A DNA stretch of 64,000 nt from an uncultured delta proteobacterium (GCA_963765675.1 CAVXXK010000014.1:144818-208817); one strand, 5' to 3'. Counted from the stretch's first letter, positions 39,410-49,746 are shown. Notes: a model not told the origin generated them from the sequence alone. A program made the numbers and translations.

Positions 39410-39446
39410 CATGGCGGACTTGGCAGCATCTTCCAGCGGGCGGCGC

Positions 39447-40257
39447 ATGAACTCCGAAACCAACGGCAATACCGATCGCGGACAATTCGAGCAACGCGAT
39501 CGCGGTGCGCGGGCTCAGGCGCAGCTTCGGCCGCCAGGTGGTGCTCGACGCCGTCGATCTCGACGTGCCCGACGGGAAGATCGTCACCATCGTGGGACCG
39601 TCAGGGTGTGGCAAAACCGTGTTGCTGAAGCATCTTAATTTGCTCCTGCGTCCCGACGCAGGCTCGATCGTGATCGAAGGGACGGAGGTTGTCGGGCTTA
39701 GGGGCAGCGCGCTCAACGCGGTGCGCGAGAAGTTCGGGATGCTGTTCCAGGCGGGAGCGCTGTTCGACTCGATGACGGTGTTCGACAACGTCGCCTTTCC
39801 GCTGGTCGAGAAGACCACGCTCAGCCGCGAGGAGATTCGCGCCAAGGTGCTGGAAACACTGGCCGCAGTGGGGCTTCAGGGGATGGGCGAAAAATATCCC
39901 TCCGAGATGAGCGGCGGGATGCAGAAACGCGCGGCGCTTGCGCGCGCGCTGGTGCATCGCCCGAAAATCCTGATGCTCGACGAGCCGACCACCGGACTCG
40001 ATCCGACCCGGACCGGCGCGATCCACGAACTTATCCGCGCGACCCAGAAGAAGTTCGGACTGTCGGTCGTGATGGTCAGTCACGACGTGCCGGCCGTGTT
40101 CCAGGTCTCGGACCGAGTCGCGTTCATGCATCACGGCAAGATGCAGCTCGTCGGAACGGTCGAAGAAGTGACCGGTTCGAGCGACGACGAGTTCAAACGC
40201 TTTCTGGCGGGCCGCGCCTCGGGCGACGACCTGGAAAACAACCAAGTGAGTTCGTAG
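39447..40257 (+). CDS. mlaF: MlaF ABC ATPase; start uncertain (ATG 39411/39447 with a +1 error, or GTG 39505)
   Basis: GPSGCGKT, MSGGMQKR, LDEPTTGLDP. Confidence 0.9.
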
Positions 40258-40274
40258 AGACCCAAAGCAAGTAA

Positions 40275-40880
40275 ATGTACGCAAGCCGCACAACGCAATT
40301 TATCGTCGGGATTTTCGGGCTGCTCGGAATTCTTGCGCTCGTGATCCTCTCGTTCCGCCTCGGGCAGATTTCGATCATTCCGCCGCCCGGCTATACCCTC
40401 TACGCGAGCTTCGACAATATCGCCGGATTGAAGCCGGGCGACGAAGTCGAAATCGCCGGCGTTCACGTCGGCCGCGTGCAGACGATCGAGCTCAAGGACG
40501 AGCGCGCGCGCCTTGCGCTGCGGATCGACGACGGCGTCGCGGTCGACAACGACGCGATCGCGTCGATCCTGACCAGCGGACTTATCGGCAGCAAGTACGT
40601 CTCGATCGCTCCAGGACCGGGCGAGAAGACGCTGGTCAACGGCGACACGATCCGGCAGACTCAGTCGGCCTTCGTGATCGAAAACGCGATCGGACAATTG
40701 ATCAACAACGCAGGCTCATCGTCGTCGAGCAAAGATTCCGGCGGATCCGCAGCCTCGAGCGGCGGCAGCAGTGGCGACATCGGCGCTCCTCCGGGATTGG
40801 ACACTCCGGCGGCAAAGTCCTCTCCCGCCGCGGCCGGCGCAAAAGACAAAACGCATTCCGCTCCTGCGAAGAAACCGTAG
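40275..40880 (+). CDS. mlaD: MlaD MCE-domain protein
   Basis: N-terminal TM, FDNIAGLK...VEIAGVHVGRV, TSGLIGSKYV, TQSA. Confidence 0.92.
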   Translation: MYASRTTQFIVGIFGLLGILALVILSFRLGQISIIPPPGYTLYASFDNIAGLKPGDEVEIAGVHVGRVQTIELKDERARLALRIDDGVAVDNDAIASILTSGLIGSKYVSIAPGPGEKTLVNGDTIRQTQSAFVIENAIGQLINNAGSSSSSKDSGGSAASSGGSSGDIGAPPGLDTPAAKSSPAAAGAKDKTHSAPAKKP

Positions 40881-40886
40881 AACAAT

Positions 40887-41561
40887 TTGATGGAGAATAC
40901 CCAAGTGATAATGGCAACGCGTCCCCGCCCGATTGCGGGCTTCCTCAAGACTGCGGCGATGCTCCTGGTCGTGGCGGCATTCATTTCCGCAGCCGCTATC
41001 CGTCCGGCGCGCGCCGCGGATGATCCGATGACCGTGGTGCAGCGGACCGTTAACGACGCCCTCGCCGTGTTGCGCAACAAGCAGGTTCCGGCCGCGCAGC
41101 GGCGCGATCAGCTACGGCAGATAATCTCGCGCAGCTTCGATTTCACCGAGATGTCGCGCTCGGCGCTGGGCTATCACTGGAAACAGATCACGCCTGACCA
41201 GCAGCAGGAATTCACGACCGTCTTCACCACGTTTATCGAAGACTCCTACCTGGCCAAGATCAACGATTACTCGGGCCAGCAGGTTCAATTCGTCCGCCAG
41301 AGCAAGGACGGCGCTCAATACGGGCAGGTCGCAACCAATATCGTGCAGGCGGGCAAGGACCCGATTGCGGTCAACTACCGCCTGCTCAGCCAGAACGGCC
41401 AGTGGAAGGTCTACGATGTGACCGTCGACGCGATCAGCATCATCGCCAATTACCGCAACCAGTTTAACCGGGTGATGAACAACCAGGGTTATCCGAAATT
41501 GATCGCCGATTTGAAGAGCAAGCAGGCTTCTCTGGCGGCTTCGCTTGGCGATCGCCACTGA
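40887..41561 (+). CDS. mlaC: MlaC/Ttg2D periplasmic lipid-binding protein
   Basis: FDF..MSRSALG.HW, WKVYDV.VD.ISI.ANYRNQF. Confidence 0.9.
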   Translation: MMENTQVIMATRPRPIAGFLKTAAMLLVVAAFISAAAIRPARAADDPMTVVQRTVNDALAVLRNKQVPAAQRRDQLRQIISRSFDFTEMSRSALGYHWKQITPDQQQEFTTVFTTFIEDSYLAKINDYSGQQVQFVRQSKDGAQYGQVATNIVQAGKDPIAVNYRLLSQNGQWKVYDVTVDAISIIANYRNQFNRVMNNQGYPKLIADLKSKQASLAASLGDRH

Positions 41562-41673
41562 GGCAGACTCCCTTGCTACAATAGCGCGGCATGGTACGCT
41601 ATGCCTCGGCCAGCGCCGCCGAAAGTGCATGTCGCTTGACGACTCGCGCCGCGCAGACACGGAGAAGGAAACT

Positions 41674-42486
41674 ATGAGATCGGTTTGTAAATCGGCCGCG
41701 ATGTCGCGGGTAGTGGCGGCGGTTGTCGCCACGACGATCGCTGCCTGTCTGATGCCGGCGGTGTCGGCGATGGCCCAGGACGTCGCGCCGCTCAGTAACA
41801 GTCCCGAGCGCCAGGGCGTTGTGCAACAGGCGCAGCAAACTCCGCCGGGTGAAGATCAGGGCGTCTACAGTGATCCGCTGGCGCCGTTCAACGAATCGAT
41901 GCTCACGTTTAATCTCAAGCTCGACGACTGGATTCTGCGCCCGGTCGCCTCGGGCTACGCGTTTATCGCTCCCGAGGCCGTGCGCCAGAGCGTCGGGCGT
42001 TTCTTCGACAACGTCAATGTGATTCCGCGCTTCGCGAACAACTTGTTCCAGCTTCGCTTCGCCGAGGCGGGCGGTGAAGTCGCGCGCTTTGGAATCAACA
42101 GTACGCTCGGAGTCGCGGGATTCTTCGATCCGGCCGACGCGTGGTTCGGTCTGAAGGAGCACAACGACGACTTCGGCCTGACGCTGCGCTACTACGGCGC
42201 GCCGACGGGGCCATACGTGATGCTGCCGTTTCTCGGTCCTTCGACGATCGGCGACACTGTCGGAATGGTCGTCGACGGCGCGATGAATCCGATGAGCTAT
42301 TTGCTGCCGTGGTACGTATATATTCCGGCTGACGTCGGACAGCGTGTGGGTGAAGCTGTGAACTACCGCTCGTTGCATCTGAACCAGTTCGAAGAAGCAG
42401 ATCGCTACGCGGTCGACCTCTACGGCGCGGTGCAGGACGCCTACTTGCAGACCCGAGTTCACGAGACCAAAGAGCTCAAACAGTAG
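41674..42486 (+). CDS. mlaA: MlaA/VacJ family protein
   Basis: DPLAPFN, RFGINSTLGVAGFFDPA, DFGLTL, PYVMLPFLGPST. Confidence 0.92.
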   Translation: MRSVCKSAAMSRVVAAVVATTIAACLMPAVSAMAQDVAPLSNSPERQGVVQQAQQTPPGEDQGVYSDPLAPFNESMLTFNLKLDDWILRPVASGYAFIAPEAVRQSVGRFFDNVNVIPRFANNLFQLRFAEAGGEVARFGINSTLGVAGFFDPADAWFGLKEHNDDFGLTLRYYGAPTGPYVMLPFLGPSTIGDTVGMVVDGAMNPMSYLLPWYVYIPADVGQRVGEAVNYRSLHLNQFEEADRYAVDLYGAVQDAYLQTRVHETKELKQ

Positions 42487-42515
42487 CGCGCCCGCGCTCT
42501 GTGGGCAGAAGAATC

Positions 42516-42555
42516 AAACGCGCCGCGCGACAATCGCGCGGCGCGTTTCTATTTG
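42516..42555 (+). terminator. Intrinsic terminator after the mla operon
   Basis: aaacgcgccgcgcga-caa-tcgcgcggcgcgttt followed by ctattt. Confidence 0.75.
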
Positions 42556-42583
42556 CTCGGTGCTTTGCAGAAACCCTTTCAAT

Positions 42584-42735
42584 CCCTCTCCCTCCGGGAG
42601 AGGGCAAGCGGCGCGGCGATTGCTTCTTTTAGCAATCGCCGTGACGCGCGGGTGAGGGCGGCCTTGCGGAGAGCTTTACCGTTTTAATCGTGCGTACGCG
42701 CCACGGTGAAGAAGGTTCCTCACCTAGCCTTCGGC
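42584..42735. repeat. Extended REP family C element
   Basis: ccctctccc-tcc-gggagaggg, internal hairpin ggcgattgct...agcaatcgcc, and a ggtgagg / cctcacc pair. Confidence 0.7.
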
Positions 42736-42782
42736 TTTCAGGGCGAAGGATCAGACGGGAACGAGGAGCCGCGCACCATCGT

Positions 42783-43649
42783 TCAGCTCACGTGCTCCCA
42801 AGCGTGATACGAGCTCCGCACCAGCGGCCCGGACTCGACGTGCCGGAAACCCAACGCGCGCGCGTCTTTGCCAATCTCTGCAAATTCCGCCGGCGGAACG
42901 TAACGGACCACCGCCAGATGCTCGCCCGACGGGCGCAGATACTGCCCGATCGTGACGATGTCGCACTCGACGCCGCGCAGATCGCGCATCACCTTCATCA
43001 GCTCGCCACGCTCTTCGCCGAGCCCGAGCATCACTCCCGCCTTGGTCAACACTTCGCGGCCAAGCGCGCGCGAGGTCTCCTTCGCATGCCTCAGCACCGC
43101 GAGCGAGCGCGGGTAATTTCCCCCTGGCCGCACGCTGCGGTAGAGACTCGGCACGGTTTCTATATTGTGGTTGTAGATATCGATCGGTGAGCGCACCACC
43201 GTCTCGACGCTCGAAAAGTCGCCCTGAAAGTCCGGCACCAGCACCTCGACGCGCGAGGCGGGAAGCTCCCGCTTGATCGCTCGCGCGGTCGCGGCAAAGT
43301 GTGCGGCGCCACCGTCGGGCAGATCGTCGCGATCCACCGACGTCACCACGACGTGCCGCAATCCGAGCCGCGCGACCGCTTGCGCGATCCTGCCCGGCTC
43401 TTCGGGATCGAGCGGCCTCACTTTGCCGTGCGCGACCGCGCAGTAGGGACAGTTGCGCGTGCACACGTCGCCCATCAGCATGAAAGTCGCGGTGCGATGC
43501 GAAAAGCATTCGCCGATATTCGGGCAGCATGCCTCCTGGCAGACGCTGTGCAGCTTGAGTTCCGACAGAATCGATTTGGTGCGCAGGTACTCGGCCGAAA
43601 CCGGCGCACGCACTTTGATCCAGTCGGGATGTTTGCGCTCGGGCATCAT
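42783..43649 (-). CDS. lipA: Lipoyl synthase
   Basis: CQEACCPNIGEC, CTRNCPYC, RSSY. Confidence 0.96.
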   Translation of the reverse strand: MMPERKHPDWIKVRAPVSAEYLRTKSILSELKLHSVCQEACCPNIGECFSHRTATFMLMGDVCTRNCPYCAVAHGKVRPLDPEEPGRIAQAVARLGLRHVVVTSVDRDDLPDGGAAHFAATARAIKRELPASRVEVLVPDFQGDFSSVETVVRSPIDIYNHNIETVPSLYRSVRPGGNYPRSLAVLRHAKETSRALGREVLTKAGVMLGLGEERGELMKVMRDLRGVECDIVTIGQYLRPSGEHLAVVRYVPPAEFAEIGKDARALGFRHVESGPLVRSSYHAWEHVS

Positions 43650-44359
43650 TCGATTCGATCCTCAGCCATCACCGGTGGCGGGTCAACCAGCCTCCACAAT
43701 TCCGAAGCGTCGATCGATTCCGCCGAATCGTATTCGAAGGTCGCGCAAAAACATTCGGCAAGAATCTTCGAGAACTGGGCGACGCCGATATCGGGCCGGC
43801 CGAGCCGCGCAATCGAAGTCATCTCGCATCCTTCGATTCCGCACGGCACGATCGACTCAAAATAGGAAAGATCGGGGCACACATTTAGCGCGAGACCGTG
43901 ATATGTCACCCAGCGCCGGATGCCGACGCCTATCGACGCGATCTTCCTTGTGCCGTTCCAGACGCCGGTAAGGCCGGCGCGGGCGCGCGCCTCGATATCG
44001 CATCGCGCGAGCGCCGCGATCATCGCGGCCTCGAGCGCGCGCAGATATTTCGCCACGTCGCGCGACTTTCCTTCCAGCTTCAGGATCGGATAGGCGACGA
44101 TTTGGCCCGGTCCGTGATAGGTCACTTGGCCGCCGCGCGAGACCCGCACGACCGGAACCTCGGGACGCGGCGCTACGATAAACTTCTCGTCGGCGGCGCG
44201 CCCGAGCGTGTAGACGTGCGGATGCTCCAGCAGCATCAGGGTGTCGCCGATCGCGCCCGCGAGCCGCGCCTGCACTATCGCGGTTTGCAGCGCGAGCGCG
44301 CGGCGATAGTCAACGACGCCGAGCTCCGCGACCGCGAGATTTCGTTGCGCCTGGTTCAT
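43646..44359 (-). CDS. lipB: Octanoyltransferase
   Basis: EHPHVYTLG, RGGQVTYHGPGQ, KIASIG, HGLALN, PCG. Confidence 0.95.
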   Translation of the reverse strand: MNQAQRNLAVAELGVVDYRRALALQTAIVQARLAGAIGDTLMLLEHPHVYTLGRAADEKFIVAPRPEVPVVRVSRGGQVTYHGPGQIVAYPILKLEGKSRDVAKYLRALEAAMIAALARCDIEARARAGLTGVWNGTRKIASIGVGIRRWVTYHGLALNVCPDLSYFESIVPCGIEGCEMTSIARLGRPDIGVAQFSKILAECFCATFEYDSAESIDASELWRLVDPPPVMAEDRIE

Positions 44360-44364
44360 CGCTA

Positions 44365-45777
44365 TTAAAAGTTGATCGACTCACCGTCGGCGGCGAGCGC
44401 CGCTTCCATGATCGCTTCGGACATCGACGGATGAGGATGCGCCATCTTGCCGAATTCCTCAGTTGTCGCTTCCAGGGTTTTTCCGAGTACGACCTCCGCG
44501 ATCATGTCGGTCGCGCCGTGGCCGATTATCTGGCAGCCGATCACCTCGCCATACTTCTTCTCTGCTACGATCTTGGCGAAGCCTTCGGTGTGGCCGATCG
44601 CCACCGCTTTGCCGAGCGCGCGAAACGGAAACTTTCCGACCTTGACCTCGATCCCGCGCGCACGCGCGTCGGCCTCGTTAAGTCCGACCGTCGCGACCTC
44701 GGGTTCGCAGTAGATGCATCCCGCGATCGACAGCAGGTCGAAACCCGGCTCGCGCACGCCCGCCATGATCTCGACCGCCGCGATTCCTTCGGCCGAGGCC
44801 TTATGCGCGAGCAGGGGAGGGCGAATCACATCGCCGATCGCAAAGATGGTCGGCGCGGTGGTTCTGAACGAGTCATCCACCTTGATGAAACCGCCGCGTT
44901 CGAGTTCGACGCCAGCCTTGTCGAGTCCGATACTGGCGCTCAGCGGAGTCCGTCCGACCGCGACCAGCACCGCTTCCGCCTCGACGGATTTCGCGGCGCC
45001 CGCGGCATCGAGTGTCACGCTCCATGCGCCGCCGTTTTTCGCCATCGACTTGAAGCCGTGCCCGAGCATCACCTGGACCTTGCGCTTGATGAACGATTTG
45101 CGCAGCTCTTCGGCGATCTCGGCGTCGAACCCCGGGAGCATCTGCTTTTCCAGCTCGACGATCGTCACCGCGGTTCCGAAGGCCTGGTAGAAATATCCGA
45201 ACTCGAGGCCGATCGCGCCCGCGCCGATAATCACGATGCTCTTGGGCAGCGTGTCATGCACCAGCGCTTCCTTGCTGGTCATCACGCCGTCCCCGATTTT
45301 CATTCCGGGAAACAGCCGCTCGTTTGAGCCGGCGGCGAGCAGGATCTTGTCCGCTTCGAGCGACGCGGCCGGCGGCGCGGGCTTGTCTTCGGCCTGCGTC
45401 AGCGCGACGGTGTTCGGCCCCGCGACGGCGGCGTTTGCCTCGAAAAAATCGATGTTGTTTTTCTTGAGCAGAAAGCGCACGCCGCGCGAGAGCTTCTCGG
45501 CGGCGGCGCGCGAGCGTGCGATCACCTTTTTGAAATCGACCGTCACTGTGCCGGTTTCGATTCCGTGTTCTTTTGCCGCGCCGCGAATCGTCTCCATCGC
45601 TTCGGCAGAATTGAGCAGCGCCTTCGACGGGATACATCCCCAGTTCAGGCACACCCCGCCGGGGCGATCGCGTTCGATAACCGCGACCTTCATTTTGAGC
45701 TGGCTGGCGCGAATCGCGGCGACATAGCCGCCCGGTCCGGAACCGATAACGATCAGATCATAACGTGTATTGGCCAA
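44365..45777 (-). CDS. lpdA: Dihydrolipoamide dehydrogenase (E3)
   Basis: GSGPGG, GGVCLNWGCIPSK, GAGAIG, HPSMSE. Confidence 0.95.
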   Translation of the reverse strand: MANTRYDLIVIGSGPGGYVAAIRASQLKMKVAVIERDRPGGVCLNWGCIPSKALLNSAEAMETIRGAAKEHGIETGTVTVDFKKVIARSRAAAEKLSRGVRFLLKKNNIDFFEANAAVAGPNTVALTQAEDKPAPPAASLEADKILLAAGSNERLFPGMKIGDGVMTSKEALVHDTLPKSIVIIGAGAIGLEFGYFYQAFGTAVTIVELEKQMLPGFDAEIAEELRKSFIKRKVQVMLGHGFKSMAKNGGAWSVTLDAAGAAKSVEAEAVLVAVGRTPLSASIGLDKAGVELERGGFIKVDDSFRTTAPTIFAIGDVIRPPLLAHKASAEGIAAVEIMAGVREPGFDLLSIAGCIYCEPEVATVGLNEADARARGIEVKVGKFPFRALGKAVAIGHTEGFAKIVAEKKYGEVIGCQIIGHGATDMIAEVVLGKTLEATTEEFGKMAHPHPSMSEAIMEAALAADGESINF

Positions 45778-45802
45778 GATGAAGTCCTTTCGCAGCACGC
45801 GC

Positions 45803-46657
45803 TCACACGAGCCGCGCCGCTACCTCAACGATATCACTTGCGCGCGCGCGAGAGACGATCTCGATCGGCGCTCGCAACGACCCGAGCGCGCATCGATAGA
45901 TGCCGGCGGCGAGTTCCGCCTCGGCGAGTCCTTCGCCCGCGATGATCACGCGTCCGGTCTTCGCGATCGATGTGGCAACGGTCGCGGCATCGAGCGGGGC
46001 GAGCGCGCGCAGATCGATTACCTCGACGCTGATTCGGCGCTCTTCGAGGATCGCGGCCGCCACCTTCGATTCTTCCACCGCGTGCGAATACGCGACGATC
46101 GTCAGCGCCGCGCCGTCGCGAATAATCCGCGCGCCTTCGAGCCGCGCCGCGTAATCACGACCGTCAGGCACTTCGCCATTGGTGTCGTAAAGCACGCGAT
46201 GCTCTAAAACGATAACGGGTGCGCCAAGCCGAATCGCCGACTTGAGCATCCCCCTGGCGTCGGCCGGTGACGCGGGTGCGATCACGCGAACTCCTGGATT
46301 GATTGCGGCCGACGCGAGCATCCCGTCGTCGCCAAGCGGCGCGCGAATCACAATTGGCAGCGTGCGATGGTTCAGCAGTTGCGCCGCAGCCGCGAGCGCG
46401 AGTGCTCCGTTTCGCATTTCGACTACCGGAACGAGCCCGCCGGTCGCGGCGCCCAGCGCGAAGGCTACTAGCGACGCGTCAGAGCGCGGAACGTCGCGGA
46501 TTCTGCGCTCACCGAATTCGGCGAGCATCCCGGCGGTGACCCCAAACGCGCCGCCTTCGTAGCCGATTCTTTCGCCGAGCAGAAACACGCGCTCGTCGCG
46601 GACGAGTTCCTCGCGCAGCGCCACGGCGATCGCCTGCCGGTAGGTGATTATCGGCAT
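45803..46657 (-). CDS. Degenerate pyruvate dehydrogenase E1 beta-like protein
   Basis: TYRQAI...GGAFGVT, DARGMLKSAIR, EVIDLR present. DTPISE reads DVPRSD, and the HSQ loop is absent. Confidence 0.75.
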   Translation of the reverse strand: MPIITYRQAIAVALREELVRDERVFLLGERIGYEGGAFGVTAGMLAEFGERRIRDVPRSDASLVAFALGAATGGLVPVVEMRNGALALAAAAQLLNHRTLPIVIRAPLGDDGMLASAAINPGVRVIAPASPADARGMLKSAIRLGAPVIVLEHRVLYDTNGEVPDGRDYAARLEGARIIRDGAALTIVAYSHAVEESKVAAAILEERRISVEVIDLRALAPLDAATVATSIAKTGRVIIAGEGLAEAELAAGIYRCALGSLRAPIEIVSRARASDIVEVAARLV

Positions 46658-47551
46658 GGCGGAAGATTGGCGGCGAAGGCGGCCGCTTCGTCGAGGAGGC
46701 GCTCGATATCGCCGTCTATCTGGTCGAGGCGTGCAGCTGCGTTGCCGTCCTGATCGATCATTCGCCGCCGTATCGTGGCGATCGGATCGCGCTCGGGCGC
46801 AATTCGATCTCCGCGCGCGCCGCCGGGCCGGTAAGTCACCGCCTCGACCAGCGACGGTCCTTCACCGGCACGCGCGCGCCCGAGCGCCTCGGTCACTGCG
46901 GCATGAACCTCGAGTCACTTCCATCCCGTCCACTCGCGTCCCGGGCATTTTGTACGGCGCGGCGAGCTGATGGAGTCGTTCCTGAAAGACGGCGTTGTCG
47001 GTGATCGTGCCCATCGCGAAAAAATTGTTCTCGCACACGAAGACCACCGGGAGATTCCACAGCGAGGCGAGATTGAGCGCCTCGTGGAACGCGCCCTGCG
47101 AGAGAAGGTCGTCGCCGAAGATGCAGCAAACGGCGTGCTGCGTCTCCCGGTACGCGATCGACAGGCCGAGCCCGATCGCGATCCCGAGTGCGTCAGGCGC
47201 ATCAGAAAAATGCAGGTCCGCATCGGCGTCCGCAATCGCGTCGCGAGAGATCTTGCCTGATCGATAAGCCGTCGCGATCTTCGCGTCCGCGCCCGCGGCG
47301 AGGCGATGACCATGCCCGCGGTACGCGCTGGCAAGGTAGTCGCCCTTGACTAGCGCGAGGATCGCCCCGGCGGAGGTTGCCTCCTCACCTCGGTAGAGAC
47401 TTGCATGCGCGGGATCGCGCTGGCCGAGCGCGGCGGCGCGTTCGTCAAAACGCCGCATCAATTGCATGGCACGGTACAGTTCGCAGGCTCGCTCGGCGGA
47501 AACGGAGGACGCGTTCGGTTCGGAATGTTCTGCTGCCTGTTCGGTTTTCAT
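46648..47551 (-). CDS. Degenerate pyruvate dehydrogenase E1 alpha-like protein, +1 frameshift near 46916
   Basis: MRRFDE, YRGHGH, FHEALNLASLWNLPVVFVCENN, GPSLVEAVTYR present. GDG reads GDD, and RGHS is absent. Confidence 0.75.
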
Positions 47552-47625
47552 CGCCGGCCTGCGATCGGTTCGCTATCAGAGCTCCACGCTAGACCAACCG
47601 CCGCGATCGTGAAACGGGCCGTCGG

Positions 47626-48357
47626 CTAGTGGAGCGGCGCGATGGTGGAAGAGCGGGGCGCGCCCGGCTTCGCGGCGGGAACTGGCACGGGGCGAAGCTG
47701 ATCGGCGTAGAGGATCGCGTGCTGAAAGTCCGCGCGGTTCGCAAGATTGTCCACCGCGCGACTGAGTGCCTGGTCGAGCCCCGCGGCGCGATTATCGCCG
47801 ATCGGATCCTGGTCGTTGCGTCCGCCTTCGCCCGAGACGGCCTGATAAAACGTCACCGCGCCGTCGCGCGCGACCACCTGCGCGTTCATCACGAGCGTCG
47901 CATGCGCGTCGCCCGCGCGCCAGTTGGGCTGAAAGGTCGAATAGAGCTGCGAGAGCTCCAGGTTTATTGTGACCGGCGCATTCGCGGCCACGGTGAACCC
48001 GCGCATCGCAAGCGCCTGCTCCATCGACTTTTGCAGCACGTAGTCAACGTCATTCTTGATCGTTATCTGCGCCGACTCCTGCTGGACGCTGTCGAGCGTT
48101 TGGCCGACATCGATCTTGTCTGTGCGCACGTCGAGTACGTTGACCCGTACCGCAACGCGACGGGCGCCCGCGACCTGGCTATAAACCGGCGACGGCAGGT
48201 ATTCGATTTCAACTCGCGACGGATAGACGCTCGAGCATCCTGCCGCGAGCGCCACGAGCGCGGCAGTCCCAATCGTGCCAATCAGCACAGCGCTGACCGA
48301 CGCGCGCGAAGATTTTTTTTCCGGATGCGGCACGGATGGGTTGCTAACACGCTCCAC
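47626..48357 (-). CDS. YajG-like lipoprotein
   Basis: Lipobox LAAGC; V.V.DVR, AL.MRGF pattern. Confidence 0.6.
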   Translation of the reverse strand: MERVSNPSVPHPEKKSSRASVSAVLIGTIGTAALVALAAGCSSVYPSRVEIEYLPSPVYSQVAGARRVAVRVNVLDVRTDKIDVGQTLDSVQQESAQITIKNDVDYVLQKSMEQALAMRGFTVAANAPVTINLELSQLYSTFQPNWRAGDAHATLVMNAQVVARDGAVTFYQAVSGEGGRNDQDPIGDNRAAGLDQALSRAVDNLANRADFQHAILYADQLRPVPVPAAKPGAPRSSTIAPLH

Positions 48358-48390
48358 GCGAGCAAGGCAATCGACTGTCGCGCAAATCGG

Positions 48391-49026
48391 TCAATCCGCC
48401 AGCAGCAGTTTCATCTGCGCCGCCATCGCCACCGGCGAGAACGAGCGGCGATGAATCGGCGAGGGGCCCAGGCGCTGCACTGCTTCGATATGCTCGGCCG
48501 TGCAATATCCCTTGTGTTGCGCCAGCCCGTAGCCAGGAAAGCGCGCATCGAATTCGACCATCATGCGGTCGCGCGTCACCTTGGCGATTATCGACGCCGC
48601 CGCGATACAGAAGCTCTTGCGATCGCCGCCCACGATATGGGTCTGCGGAAGTCCGAGTCCCGGGATATCGCGGCCATCCACCAGTACGTGTTCGGGAGTG
48701 CGTCCCAGAGCGGCGATCGCGCGGCGGCTCGCGCTCATCGTTGCCCAGAAGATATTGAGCCGATCGACTTCTTCGACTTCAGCGATTCCAATGCCGACCG
48801 CGAGCGCGCCTAATCGGATCGGCTCGAACAGCGCCTCGCGTTTTTCCGGCAGGAGCTGCTTGGAGTCGTGCACGCCCTTGATAAATTTCTCCGGCGCGAA
48901 AATCACCGCGGCCGCCACGACCGGTCCCGCCATCGGACCGACTCCGGCTTCGTCGACGCCAGCGACTTCGGTGACGCCGCTGACCCACAGACGGCGTTCG
49001 TATCGGAGGTCGGGACGCTTGGACAT
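48391..49026 (-). CDS. rnhB: Ribonuclease HII
   Basis: GVDEAG.GP.AGPV, DSK, IAAASIIAKVTRD, HKGY, HRRSF. Confidence 0.95.
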   Translation of the reverse strand: MSKRPDLRYERRLWVSGVTEVAGVDEAGVGPMAGPVVAAAVIFAPEKFIKGVHDSKQLLPEKREALFEPIRLGALAVGIGIAEVEEVDRLNIFWATMSASRRAIAALGRTPEHVLVDGRDIPGLGLPQTHIVGGDRKSFCIAAASIIAKVTRDRMMVEFDARFPGYGLAQHKGYCTAEHIEAVQRLGPSPIHRRSFSPVAMAAQMKLLLAD

Positions 49027-49029
49027 GGC

Positions 49030-49581
49030 CTACGCAAGCCTCTTGAGGCGCGCCTTGCGGACGGTCTCGGCGACACCGTCGGGATCGGTGATGTCGCGCA
49101 GATGGATCGCGAAGTCGGCGCTTGCCGCCGACGCGATCGTCACGTCGCCCAGGCCGAGCATCCGCTGCATCACGCGCTTGGAGACCTCGACCGAGCGAAT
49201 ATCGGCAAGCTCCATTTCGCGCCGCGAGGTCGCCAGAATTCCCTGCTGTTCGAAGATTCGATCGGAAGTGACGGTCCAGCTCTGGCGCCGCCGCTGGATC
49301 ATCGCGTTGACGATTGCAATTACTCCGAGCCCCATCGGCACAAATCCAGCCGGCCACATCTTCGGGTTCTTCTGGAAGGTTTCGCCGAGCACGATCGCGC
49401 CGAAGACGATCAGCACTCCTCCGACGACCATCGCATTTGCATAGCGCCACATCGAGGGATGGATCTTCGCGAGTATATACTCGCGCACCGCGGCCGGCTT
49501 GGGCGCGAACATTCGCGTGCCGCATCGCGAGCAGAACTGCGCTCCTTGCGGGCATTCATTTCCGCACTGGGGACATCGCAT
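49030..49581 (-). CDS. Zinc-ribbon plus two-TM bacterial PH domain protein
   Basis: CPQCG...FCSRCG; two TMs; VTSDRI...GIL...QRMLGLGDV. Confidence 0.8.
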   Translation of the reverse strand: MRCPQCGNECPQGAQFCSRCGTRMFAPKPAAVREYILAKIHPSMWRYANAMVVGGVLIVFGAIVLGETFQKNPKMWPAGFVPMGLGVIAIVNAMIQRRRQSWTVTSDRIFEQQGILATSRREMELADIRSVEVSKRVMQRMLGLGDVTIASAASADFAIHLRDITDPDGVAETVRKARLKRLA

Positions 49582-49641
49582 CGCGCCGCGCTTCCACCTC
49601 CCGCCCTGGTTCGGGATTATAGGCAAACACAATCAACAGAC

Positions 49642-49746
49642 AAACACCAAGGCACCAGGCAGCCACAAGGACACCAAGACACCAAGAAGAGATTCTTTCT
49701 TCTTAGTGCCTTCGTGTCTTAGTGGCCGGTTGGTGCCTTGGTGTTT
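49642..49746. repeat. Long palindrome built from ACCAAG(A/G)C-like units
   Basis: Perfect 16-bp outer IR aaacaccaaggcacca / tggtgccttggtgttt plus an imperfect inner IR. Confidence 0.8.
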
